Positions 1 to 8,702 of a stretch of DNA of 64,000 nucleotides are shown here, in pieces (positions within the stretch are counted from its first letter, which is position 1; every line of letters starts with the position of its first letter). The translations under genes were made by a program, and so were the position numbers. The notes beneath the pieces are model-generated. The model searched no databases and was not told the DNA's origin. It saw only the letters and a program-made list of their open reading frames with translations. The DNA is taken from contig JAHFLD010000004.1 in assembly GCA_023245035.1 (NCBI GenBank), positions 13,496-77,495 on the forward strand. Direction: 5' to 3'. Source of the DNA: Candidatus Harrisonbacteria bacterium. GTDB lineage: Bacteria; Patescibacteriota; Minisyncoccia; UBA6257; 1-14-0-10-40-38.

Positions 1-88
1 GCGAATATCTTGGTGTAAGTTTTGAGAGGGTGATTTTTTTCAACCGGCGCTGCTTTTGTTTTCCGCTGCCAGCAAGTACAATACTAAT

Positions 89-1222
89 ATGTCGTCTTTG
101 GCCTTGTACCGTAAATATCGCCCCAAGACGCTTCGCGACCTTTTGGGGCAGGATGATGTGGTGACCGTGCTTCGCGCCGCGGCTTCTCGCGACAGTCTGG
201 CGCACGCCTATTTGTTTTATGGTTCGCGCGGGAGCGGCAAGACCACCGCCGCCCGGATTTTGGCCAAGATTGCCAACTGCGAAACCAGAAGACAAAAACC
301 AAGCTTCCGCGCCGAGGGTGAACCGTGCAATGTTTGCGGACAGTGCGTGGTTATCGATACCGGAAGATCTTTAGATGTCGTGGAAATTGACGCCGCTTCC
401 AATCGCGGCATTGATGAGATCCGCAATTTAAAAGAAAGCGTGGCCTTCGCTCCGGTCTCGGGGGCAAAGAAAGTTTTTATTATTGACGAAGTTCACCAGC
501 TGACCAAAGACGCCTTTAACGCCTTGCTTAAAACTCTGGAAGAACCGCCGGCGCACGCCTTGTTTGTCCTCGCTACGACCGAATATGAAAAAGTTCCGGC
601 GACAATTATTTCGCGAACGCAGCGCTTCCATTTTAAGAAAATTCCAATGGCGACGGTTGTTAGAAAGTTGGCGACGATAGTGAGTGCCGAAAAATTCAAG
701 GTTTCTCGGGAGGCGCTCATGCTAATCGCCCGAGCCGGAGAAGGAAGTTTGCGGGATTCGGAGTCCTTGCTTGATCAGCTGACTTCGCTCGAGGACAAGG
801 TTGAGGCGATAACCGTTGAGCGACTTATCGGAACGGTTGGCTTGGCGCGGGTTAGCGAGCTGGCGGATCTTATTTTGAGTGAAAATGTTACCGGTGTCTC
901 TCATTATTTGCGGAACTTTGAAGATTCCGGATTTAATGTTGTTGATCTAAACAAGGAGCTTATTCATTACCTGCGGCGAGTATTGAGCGTGGCCGCCGAC
1001 GCTTCGCTTTTAGATCTCTTCCGCGACGAATTTGGCGAGGATGCCATAGCGACGATCAAGACGCACGCCGCCAAAATCCGCCCCGAACGCCACATTTCTC
1101 TGATTCGCTCGCTGATTCGCGCCCATAGCGAGATGCGCTACAGCCCATTTGCCGGAATTCCTTTGGAGGTCAGTTTGATTGATTTTTTTTCGAGCGGAAG
1201 TTCGCCCCGGGTTAAAAAATAA
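89..1222 (+). CDS. dnaX: DNA polymerase III subunit gamma/tau (short form)
   Basis: Translation matches DnaX. It has the LALYRKYRPKTLRDLLGQ N-terminus, a Walker A motif GSRGSGKTT, and clamp-loader motifs. The start is probably the ATG at 89 (MSSLALYRKYRP) rather than the ORF-track start at 56. Confidence 0.9.
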   Translation: MSSLALYRKYRPKTLRDLLGQDDVVTVLRAAASRDSLAHAYLFYGSRGSGKTTAARILAKIANCETRRQKPSFRAEGEPCNVCGQCVVIDTGRSLDVVEIDAASNRGIDEIRNLKESVAFAPVSGAKKVFIIDEVHQLTKDAFNALLKTLEEPPAHALFVLATTEYEKVPATIISRTQRFHFKKIPMATVVRKLATIVSAEKFKVSREALMLIARAGEGSLRDSESLLDQLTSLEDKVEAITVERLIGTVGLARVSELADLILSENVTGVSHYLRNFEDSGFNVVDLNKELIHYLRRVLSVAADASLLDLFRDEFGEDAIATIKTHAAKIRPERHISLIRSLIRAHSEMRYSPFAGIPLEVSLIDFFSSGSSPRVKK

Positions 1223-1787
1223 CTTCTAGGATTATCTTGCGCATATAAAAATATTGCATCCGGTTTTAGGATGTGCTAGCTTTGCAAAAGAAAGCCAGCT
1301 GTGGCTTTTCCAGTTCTTTCCGAATTATTTTTTTGATTTGGGGTGTGTCGATAGACGCGCAAACTTCGAAGTGCCGTCTCGCACCGGCAGTCGGCTCGGG
1401 ACTGTATATTCCGAGCCGGCAACGGAACGGCTTTTGGATCGCGTTGAAGCGCGGTCGCTTCGAGTGTGTATCGACGGGCTCTAATGAGGTGTTGGTGGCT
1501 CCAGATCTAAGCGGGTCAGGCTCGCCGACACCATTTCCCCGTGGCTTATCCAAAGTCGCGGGGATTTTTTTTAAGAGCTAGTAGCGGTGAAAATCTGGAT
1601 AAAAAAACCCGGGTTGTCGCGTTAGCGAAAAACCCGGGCCGAGTGGGGTGTGCCGAAGAAGTAGTTGTGGAGAGCGCCCCCCACCCTCATCGAAGCCGCG
1701 CTTTGCCCGCAGCGGCCCGACGGTGTGCTGGTTTTAGTATTCCAAACAGGGCAGGTTTAATCAAGCTCGGCTATCCACAGATGTTTT

Positions 1788-2660
1788 TTATAATTTTATA
1801 ACTGTTAATATATTTTTTTCTTTAGTTATTTTAAGCGCTCCATCGCGGTCGGTGCGAAAAATTTGAGCCCCGTTTCTTTCCAATCTATCAAGAGCCGATT
1901 TGGTTGGATGGCCATAGGTATTTTGACCAACTTCAATGACGGCGGCCTTGGGGTTTGTCGCTTTAACAAAAGCGCTGCCGGAAGAAAACTTTGAGCCATG
2001 ATGACCGACTTTTAGCACGTCGGAGGCGAGATCATATTTTTTTGCGAGGCGGTTTTCCACCATAAATCCTATATCTCCGGTGTAAACTGCCGAGATTGAT
2101 GCGTCAGAAAAGCGGAAGACGACGCAGGTGTTGTTGAGTTCGGGGTCGCGAAGTTCTTGCGGAGAGGGCGAGAGAATGTCCAGACGCGACCGGCCATAAG
2201 TTATCTTGTCGCCTTCGCCGACAACCACATAAGGAATTTTTTTTGCAATCAGCGCCTCTCTTAGCTCATTATAAGATTCTATTTCTCCCTTGCGGCCAGT
2301 CCCTAAAAAAACCCGAACCGGCAAGGTCTGAATAACCGCAATCAATCCGGCGAAGTGATCCAACTGGGGGTGGGTCATAATCATTAGATCTATAAGGCGG
2401 TGATCCGGAGGGAGTACGCGATCCAATTCGCCGGTGACTATGGCGTTGCGACCGCCGTCAATTAGAATCGTCGTCGGCCGACCACCATAATCGCGGGCAA
2501 CGATGAGCTCGCTGTCGCCCTGGCCGACGTTGAGGAAGAACAGTTCGGTCGCCTGTTTCTTATTCAAGATTCCGGTTTTCAAAATAAACCAGGCGGCAAT
2601 CGCCCACAACGCGAGAACCACAAGCCAAGCTTTTTTGGTGGAAATTTTATCTTCGTTCAT
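1788..2660 (-). CDS. comEC: ComEC C-terminal metallo-beta-lactamase-fold domain (second part of the split comEC)
   Basis: N-terminal TM helix followed by an HxHxDH-type motif (MIMTHPQLDHFAGL), typical of the ComEC MBL domain. It is in the +1 frame relative to the upstream comEC part. Confidence 0.8.
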   Translation of the reverse strand: MNEDKISTKKAWLVVLALWAIAAWFILKTGILNKKQATELFFLNVGQGDSELIVARDYGGRPTTILIDGGRNAIVTGELDRVLPPDHRLIDLMIMTHPQLDHFAGLIAVIQTLPVRVFLGTGRKGEIESYNELREALIAKKIPYVVVGEGDKITYGRSRLDILSPSPQELRDPELNNTCVVFRFSDASISAVYTGDIGFMVENRLAKKYDLASDVLKVGHHGSKFSSGSAFVKATNPKAAVIEVGQNTYGHPTKSALDRLERNGAQIFRTDRDGALKITKEKNILTVIKL

Positions 2661-4089
2661 AGCCGGTTGTCTTTTTTTGACCGTAGAAAACTATTATTAA
2701 CAGCGCCGTGAAATAAAAGACCGTGGCGACTCCGCCTATAGAGTTGACCCTGATCGCTCCCTGATGAGCGCTCAAGAACTCAATGATATTGATTTCGGCG
2801 CGAGTGATAATGCTCAAAAATTCACCGGCCAGCCCGCCCAAAATGGCGCTTAGGGAATAAACAGCCAGCGTGACTACGGCAAGGAGCATGGTTATGGGTA
2901 TCAAGGGCAAGATGATGACGTTGGCCAGAATAGAGATGAGTGAAACGGTTTTGAAACTCGCGGCCAAAACCGGAAAGACCACCGCTTGCGCGGCAATGGT
3001 ATTAATCGCATTCTCTCGCCAATGCCAAACTCCGGGATTTGGACCCAGGTAAAAGATTTTACGCAAAGCCGGAGCGAGATAAAAAATGCCGATTAGCGAC
3101 AGAAATGAAAGCTGGAAGCCGAGATCGCCAAGCAGGAGATAAGGATTAGCTAACAGCATCACGCAACAGGTTAGAGCGATGGTGTTGCGCGGACTGTAAA
3201 TCTTTTCCGCGTGCGCGGCGAGTCCAACCACGAGCGCCATAATCGCGGCGCGAATAATGGAGGCATCGGCGCCGGTCATAATCACAAAACCCAGCGCAAC
3301 TAGAATGGTCAAAACAAAGACGCCGCGGCGGGAGACAAGACCAAGCAATGCCACGGCGACTGACTGGATGATGATGGTGATGTTGTAGCCCGACAAGGCG
3401 ACGATGTGACTGACACCAGCCTTGCGGATCGCGTCGCGGAAGTTTTGTGAAAAACCTCCGGTGTCGCCTAAAAGCAATCCGGCGATGAAAGACGATTCTT
3501 TGGTCGGTAAAATCTTGCCGAGAGTGTTTTTGACCACGGTCTGCAGTTCATCCAATCCTCGCTTAATGGCATTGCCGCCCCCGTGGCTTTGAATGGTTAT
3601 TTTGGGAAAGTTTATGGTACCGCTTAATTTGTGGCGGGCGGCGTAGATTATTTTTTCTTCGGATATTGGATTCGCCTTTCCCTCAATTAAAATTTCGTCG
3701 CCGTAGCGCAGGGGCGGACTCTTTCGGGCGAGAATTTCCAGGCGTTCGCTTGGCGAGGCTTTGGTTTGAAAGAGAATGCGTTGTGAGTTTGGACTCTGGC
3801 GCACCTCTAAAACTATTCCGGTAAGATTGCGAGGGATGTCAAAAACGGCGCTTGGATTGCGATTAAAAACTATGGAATATCCTATCGCGTATAGAAACCC
3901 AGCGCCGACTCCGATAGCAATCATGAAGCGCAAAACAACTTTTGAGCGCCAGAGAATAAACTCCGCTATAACGACTCCTAAAATCAGCCAGGGTAAGACC
4001 GACCATGGATTCGCGGGGTTGGCAGTCGCGGCGTAGATACCGCTTACAAAACCCATCATTAGCCAAAAAGCCCTTTCGTGGAGCGGCAT
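2647..4089 (-). CDS. comEC: ComEC/Rec2 competence protein, N-terminal OB-like region plus polytopic membrane competence domain (first part of a split comEC)
   Basis: Multi-TM protein with the ComEC competence-domain architecture. It ends 14 nt inside the next ORF, which encodes the MBL domain normally fused to ComEC. Confidence 0.8.
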   Translation of the reverse strand: MPLHERAFWLMMGFVSGIYAATANPANPWSVLPWLILGVVIAEFILWRSKVVLRFMIAIGVGAGFLYAIGYSIVFNRNPSAVFDIPRNLTGIVLEVRQSPNSQRILFQTKASPSERLEILARKSPPLRYGDEILIEGKANPISEEKIIYAARHKLSGTINFPKITIQSHGGGNAIKRGLDELQTVVKNTLGKILPTKESSFIAGLLLGDTGGFSQNFRDAIRKAGVSHIVALSGYNITIIIQSVAVALLGLVSRRGVFVLTILVALGFVIMTGADASIIRAAIMALVVGLAAHAEKIYSPRNTIALTCCVMLLANPYLLLGDLGFQLSFLSLIGIFYLAPALRKIFYLGPNPGVWHWRENAINTIAAQAVVFPVLAASFKTVSLISILANVIILPLIPITMLLAVVTLAVYSLSAILGGLAGEFLSIITRAEINIIEFLSAHQGAIRVNSIGGVATVFYFTALLIIVFYGQKKTTGYERR

Positions 4090-4166
4090 AAAAATTTTTG
4101 AACGGATGGCGTAGAGGGTTTAGGGTGGAGGGAATTGGAATTTTGCCGACTCGGATGATCGCGTTA

Positions 4167-4694
4167 TTAAAACTCCAGAGCGATTTTGGCCATAACGCCG
4201 TCATTGAAAGGGTGTTTGATTTCGCGCATTTCGGTTACCAGATCGGCGGCTTTTATAAAGGCCTCGGGGGCGTCGCGGCCGGTGAGAATTATGAATTTTT
4301 CTTTGGGGAGTTTTTTGATAACCCCCAAGACTTCATCCGCTGTTATGAGATTTAGATGGGTGGCGTTGTTTATTTCGTCTAAGATAATCAAGTCCCAGGT
4401 ATTTTTTTGAATTTCGGTTTCGGCTTCGCGCAGGGCGGATTCGGCGGCTTTTTGGTGCTCCTCAATCGGGAGCGAGTCGCCTAAAATTCCCACAAAACCG
4501 AGGCCTCGCTTGCGGAGTTCAAACCCGGGCTGGTTTTCCGGTTTTTGGATAATCACCTTATCCTCGCCAGACTTCCACGGCCCTTTAATGAATTGAATCA
4601 TTAAGGCTTTTTTGCCACGGCCAACCATGCGAGCCGCCTGGCCAAGCGCGGCGGTGGTTTTGCCCTTGCCGTTGCCGGTAAAGATGATGAGCAT
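4167..4694 (-). CDS. cobO: cob(I)yrinic acid a,c-diamide / cob(I)alamin adenosyltransferase (CobO/BtuR family)
   Basis: N-terminus MLIIFTGNGKGKTTAALGQAARMVGRGKKALMIQFIKG is the characteristic CobA/CobO P-loop. Confidence 0.8.
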   Translation of the reverse strand: MLIIFTGNGKGKTTAALGQAARMVGRGKKALMIQFIKGPWKSGEDKVIIQKPENQPGFELRKRGLGFVGILGDSLPIEEHQKAAESALREAETEIQKNTWDLIILDEINNATHLNLITADEVLGVIKKLPKEKFIILTGRDAPEAFIKAADLVTEMREIKHPFNDGVMAKIALEF

Positions 4695-4751
4695 GGTTTT
4701 AGTATAAGGGTTGAGGGTTCAGGGTAAAGGGTAAAAAAAGCCCCCGATAAT

Positions 4752-5966
4752 CTAGCTAATCACTCCCCCGCCGAGCATTTCGCCAGACTTGGAATAGAAG
4801 ACGGCCGATTGCCCCGGAGCGACGAACTTTTGTGGGCGGTCAAAGGTGAGGGTGGCGGTAAATGAACGATGCGAAATTTTAAAATGCGAATGACGCGATT
4901 TTTTTTGGTTTAGTGATTTGTCATTGTCGACTTTCAGATATAGCATGGCTTTCGCGAGGGGCTGGCGATAGCGGAGGCGGGCGAAGACTGGAATGGGTTT
5001 TGGGGCGGGGGGTAAAAGGCGGCTGGTGGGAAATTTAGAGGTGGAAGAAGGCGCGGGCGGGGAAATAAAATGAAGGTCGGTTAGCATAACTTCTTTTTTT
5101 GAAAGTTCGGGGTGGTCGGCGCCTTCGGCGACGGTGATGGTGTTTTGTATAACATCTTTGGCTGATATGTAGCGGGGTCTAGAATTGGGAGTGAGGTTTG
5201 AGGGCTGAGGGCTGAGGTTAAATCCGTGGCGCTGGCCGATGGTATAAAAAGCCGCGCCGCGATGTTCACCGATGATATTGCCTTCGGGGTCGAGCACCGC
5301 GCCTTTTTTTGGTTTGATGTATTTGGCTAAAAAATCCGTCAGCGAAACTTTACCCAGGAAGCAGATGCCTTGGGAATCTTTTTTTTCGGCGTTGGGTAGT
5401 TTGAACTTTTTGGCGAACCGACGAACTTCGGGTTTGGTATAATCCCCAATTGGAAAGAGACAATGATCTAGCTGATCTTGCGTGAGCATCCAAAGGAAGT
5501 AGGATTGATCTTTGTTTTTGTCCAGAGCGGTAAATAACCGATGCGAAATTTTAGAATGCGAATGATGCGAAGTTTTACTCTTGCGACTTGCCAGCCGCAC
5601 ATAATGCCCAGTAGCAATGAAGTCGGCGCCGAGTTCGCGGGCGGCTTGATAAAAAAGTCCAAACTTAATTTCCCGATTGCACATCACATCGGGATTTGGG
5701 GTTTCGCCATTCTTGTATCCGGCGACCATGTATTCCACTACCTTGGCCTTGTATTCCTTTTCAAAATCCAGAACATAAAATGGGATTTTGAGAGCTTCGG
5801 CGGCGCGGCGGGCGTCTTCGGCATCTTGCTCGGCACACCCGTCAACGTTGTAACAGCGCAAATGGACGCCGGTTACTTGATAACCTTGTTTTTGAAGCAG
5901 GGCCGCGGCGACCGAGGAGTCCACCCCGCCGGACATCCCCACGAAGACCTTTTTTATTTTGATCAT
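4752..5966 (-). CDS. mnmA: tRNA-specific 2-thiouridylase MnmA
   Basis: SGGVDSSVAA PP-loop, the DKNKDQSYFLW motif, and a GQSAVFY C-terminus. It is longer than typical MnmA because of two in-frame insertions. Confidence 0.9.
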   Translation of the reverse strand: MIKIKKVFVGMSGGVDSSVAAALLQKQGYQVTGVHLRCYNVDGCAEQDAEDARRAAEALKIPFYVLDFEKEYKAKVVEYMVAGYKNGETPNPDVMCNREIKFGLFYQAARELGADFIATGHYVRLASRKSKTSHHSHSKISHRLFTALDKNKDQSYFLWMLTQDQLDHCLFPIGDYTKPEVRRFAKKFKLPNAEKKDSQGICFLGKVSLTDFLAKYIKPKKGAVLDPEGNIIGEHRGAAFYTIGQRHGFNLSPQPSNLTPNSRPRYISAKDVIQNTITVAEGADHPELSKKEVMLTDLHFISPPAPSSTSKFPTSRLLPPAPKPIPVFARLRYRQPLAKAMLYLKVDNDKSLNQKKSRHSHFKISHRSFTATLTFDRPQKFVAPGQSAVFYSKSGEMLGGGVIS

Positions 5967-5969
5967 ATT

Positions 5970-6004
5970 TATTACCCTTAAAAACTCCAGTTTTTAAGGA
6001 TGTT
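5970..6004. promoter_or_regulatory. Palindrome CCTTAAAAAC-TCCA-GTTTTTAAGG followed by GATGTTGTTAT. Candidate operator immediately 5' of mnmA.
   Basis: Perfect 10-bp inverted repeat. It is a near-identical copy of the site at 6313-6347. Confidence 0.45.
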
Positions 6005-6005
6005 G

Positions 6006-6308
6006 TTATATCTTTTGGAATGATTGCAGAAAGCGCACAAATGTCTTGCCATATGGCGATAGCGCATGTTCAACAAATTTACCGCGATATTTTTTATTAA
6101 CCAGCCCTGCCACATACAATCTCCGCGTATGTTCTCCAAGAGTCTTCTCGTTCGCGCCGAGCGCGGTGATAATATCGTCCAACGTTGCCCCATTGTTATC
6201 TGCAACATATAGCAAGATCTCAATCCGATAATGGTTAGCCATGCCCTTCAAATGCCGCTCCATCTGTTTAGCGGTTTTTGATTTTGCCATAGTCGCATTA
6301 TATATCAT
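6006..6308 (-). CDS. ArsR/SmtB-family winged-helix transcriptional regulator
   Basis: 100-aa protein with an HTH segment (HYRIEILLYVADNNGATLDDIITALGANEKTLGEHTRRLYVAGLV) typical of the ArsR family. Confidence 0.6.
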   Translation of the reverse strand: MIYNATMAKSKTAKQMERHLKGMANHYRIEILLYVADNNGATLDDIITALGANEKTLGEHTRRLYVAGLVNKKYRGKFVEHALSPYGKTFVRFLQSFQKI

Positions 6309-6312
6309 GCAC

Positions 6313-6347
6313 TTATAAACTCAAGTTTATAAGGATGTTATTTTGGG
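6313..6347. promoter_or_regulatory. Palindrome CTTATAAAC-TCAA-GTTTATAAG followed by GATGTTATTTT. Candidate operator directly 5' of the ArsR-like gene.
   Basis: 9-bp inverted repeat ending 3 nt before the regulator's start codon. It is paralogous to the site at 5970-6004. Confidence 0.45.
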
Positions 6348-6725
6348 GGACTTTGCTGATGGTTTAATAATTTTTCGGCTGGGGAGATGCCGCCGAAGAC
6401 TTTATGCGGAAAGTAGTTCCAGGCGTCGGATACCAACTGCGCAGTATTATCAAATAAACGAGAATTATAGTAAATAAACTTGATATTTCAGGGTATTCCC
6501 TGTTAAGAGGTCCATCTTTGTCCAGTTAAAAACTGTAGTGGATAAAATCGGGTATTTTTGCACAGTACGGCGTGGAAAATATGCAAAATTATCCCGAGCT
6601 CTAAATTTTGGGCGGTCAGCGTTCAAAATGCATTGGCAAGATTGTGTGAACCTCCACAGCCTTACGGCTGTGGCCTCCTTGGAATACCCCTCGACTATGC
6701 TCGGGGTTATATGCGCTTCATTCAT
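6338..6725 (-). pseudogene. Degraded transposase/integrase-core C-terminal fragment (frameshifted remnant)
   Basis: Minus-strand translation ends ...FIYYNSRLFDNTAQLVSDAWNYFPHKVFGGISPAEKLLNH*. This resembles the YYN...PAE C-terminal motif of rve-type transposases. There is no intact upstream ORF and the frame is broken. Confidence 0.3.
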
Positions 6726-6765
6726 CCCCAGCCTAAAACGGCAGGAGTTTGCTTATGTTGCGCAT

Positions 6766-6795
6766 ATAAAAAGAGCCCCAACTAAGTTGGGGCTC
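6766..6795 (-). terminator. Intrinsic terminator for the high-GC gene
   Basis: Perfect 11-bp stem GAGCCCCAACT/AGTTGGGGCTC with a 1-nt loop, followed on the minus strand by a T-run. Confidence 0.6.
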
Positions 6796-6864
6796 AAACG
6801 AACGGAAGAACTCAAGGAATCAAGAGAGTCAAGAGAGTCAAGAGTTCAAGCTAACAAGGGTCGA

Positions 6865-7740
6865 TTACTGCGAGACAAAGGCCGAAGCGGAACCATAGTC
6901 CCCGCCGGCGCTGCCGCACCAGCGGGCGCCGAACCGGACCCTGCCGCCGCCGAAGCGGAAGAGCGGCGCGAGCGAGAAGTCGCCATCGGCGTCCGGAGAG
7001 AACTCGTCACCAGCGCAGTCGACGTGGAGCTGTTCCCACTGAACCTCGCGTTCGGGGTGGGTCAGCAACATGATGCCGATTGCGAAGGCTCCGAGACCGA
7101 ACTCGTTGGCCGCGAAGACCTCACGTGCCCGGCGCACCGAACGGCCCTTGTGACGGAGACCGAACTGAGCCGGGACGACGAGGATGTCGTGATCCTTCTG
7201 CTCGTCGCCGAGCTTCTGGAACATCTTCGCCGTCTTGGCGTGCTGTCGCAGGTACTCCGTTCCGAGCTGGCCGTCACGGTAGTTGTAGAACTTCCGCTTG
7301 GACCCGATCATCGCGAGCACCTTCTCGACCGCTTCGCCGTACGTCGGCGCGAACTTCTCCCACTTCGGAATGGCGAACCATCCCTCGGCGTTCGGGGGAA
7401 GCGGCTGGTCGGCCAACTTCTCATCGGCGAAGCCGATACCCGGGAAGAGCTGACGCAGGATGTTGGTCTGCTCGGTGATCCCCTTGACCTTGTAGCCTTT
7501 GGGGTACGTGTAGCTCGACTGCACTTCCTCGTCAGCGAACTGGTTGGACACCGAGAGCTCTTTGATACCGGTCACGATGCGAGCTTGGAACTCGTCACCG
7601 TTCTCGATGAGCTTCTGGATGCCGTCCTTGTCGAGAGCCGTCTCTTTGAGCGCACGCAGGGCGGCGTCCTCGACAAAGCGCAGGTACTGTTTCTTTTGTC
7701 CATCCGTGATGGACGTGATCGACTGTGTCGTCATCGTCAT
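6865..7740 (-). CDS. Hypothetical protein encoded in a high-GC, high-GC3 (foreign-looking) segment
   Basis: 291-aa ORF with strong GC3 codon bias (ctc, atc, gtc, aag, gag, ttc) and diverse amino-acid composition. The opposite-strand ORF looks like an antisense shadow. Local GC is roughly 65% against ~50% around it. Confidence 0.6.
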   Translation of the reverse strand: MTMTTQSITSITDGQKKQYLRFVEDAALRALKETALDKDGIQKLIENGDEFQARIVTGIKELSVSNQFADEEVQSSYTYPKGYKVKGITEQTNILRQLFPGIGFADEKLADQPLPPNAEGWFAIPKWEKFAPTYGEAVEKVLAMIGSKRKFYNYRDGQLGTEYLRQHAKTAKMFQKLGDEQKDHDILVVPAQFGLRHKGRSVRRAREVFAANEFGLGAFAIGIMLLTHPEREVQWEQLHVDCAGDEFSPDADGDFSLAPLFRFGGGRVRFGARWCGSAGGDYGSASAFVSQ

Positions 7741-8068
7741 CCTCCTTGAGATTGGACTGATCCGAAACGCTCGGATAAGCGACTACCTCAACACAAGGCA
7801 AGTCTTCCTTTACTAAACGATTTCTGGAAATCAACACCCGATACAACTTATTTAGACTTGAATGGCGCGTTTATAGAAAAATACTTAGGAAAGGGAGACT
7901 TGCCTCGTGTGGCTGAATTAAAGCTTGTTTTTGCTAGGTTTTTAAGGAACCCACGTATTCTAGCACTATATGGTTAGATATGTCAACTTGGTGGGTTTGA
8001 TTAAATAACTTGCGGATAAGTTAATTTTTTGCTACAGTTTGGTGGCTTTTTAATCAATTCGGGACTTT

Positions 8069-8641
8069 ATGCTCAATTACAACGATTTAAAAAAGGGGGT
8101 TATATTCGTGCTAGAGGGCGAGCCGTACGAGGTTTTGGAATACGCTTTTTTGCGGATGCAACAGCGCAAGCCGGTGACTAAGACCAAGATTAAGAATCTG
8201 ATTTCCGGCAAGATAGTGGAGCGCAATTTTCACCAGAACGAAAGTTTTGGAGAGGCGGAGATTGAGAAAGAACCGGCGAAATATATTTATCTTAATCGCG
8301 GGGAATACTGGTTTAGCGATCCGAAAAATCCCGCCAAACGCTTTGCTTTAAGCGAGGAGTTGGTCGGAATCAAGGGGCAGTTTATGAAACCCAACAGCGA
8401 GGTTTTGATGGTGAAGTTTGGGGAGAAGATTATCGGCGTTGATGTGCCGATTAAGGTGGAGCTTAAGGTAACATCTACACCGCCCGGCGAGCGCGGGAAT
8501 ACCGCCCAAGGCGGAACCAAAAGCGCGACAGTGGAAACCGGCGCGGTGGTTCAGGTTCCCCTCTTTGTGAACGAGGGCGACGTGGTGAGAATAAACAGCG
8601 AGTTGGGAACCTACGTGGAGCGCGTAGAGAAGGCGAAGTAG
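8069..8641 (+). CDS. efp: Elongation factor P
   Basis: 190-aa translation aligns to EF-P throughout (KKGVIFVLEGEPYEVLEYAFLRMQQRKPVTKTKIKNLISGK...). Confidence 0.9.
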   Translation: MLNYNDLKKGVIFVLEGEPYEVLEYAFLRMQQRKPVTKTKIKNLISGKIVERNFHQNESFGEAEIEKEPAKYIYLNRGEYWFSDPKNPAKRFALSEELVGIKGQFMKPNSEVLMVKFGEKIIGVDVPIKVELKVTSTPPGERGNTAQGGTKSATVETGAVVQVPLFVNEGDVVRINSELGTYVERVEKAK

Positions 8642-8702
8642 TTCTTTGCTCTAAGAATCGCCTGCTTTGTTGCGACCTCCGGATACTCGGCCGCGCCCTG
8701 CG

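Noticed and set aside
1230-1790. GC-rich 560-nt intergenic region after dnaX with small ORFs and stable hairpins. Examined for tmRNA, RNase P and SRP RNA.
   Set aside because: I found no tmRNA 5' GGGG...UUCGACG or 3' tRNA-like end, no RNase P P4/AGGAAAGUCCGG block, and no SRP domain IV motif. None of the small ORFs has an RBS or protein-like composition. It is left unannotated.
6538-7749. 403-aa + strand ORF across the high-GC region
   Set aside because: Its composition (runs of L/R/E/V/A) is typical of an antisense shadow. The minus-strand ORF shows the coherent GC3 codon bias and varied amino-acid usage, so the + strand ORF was not called.
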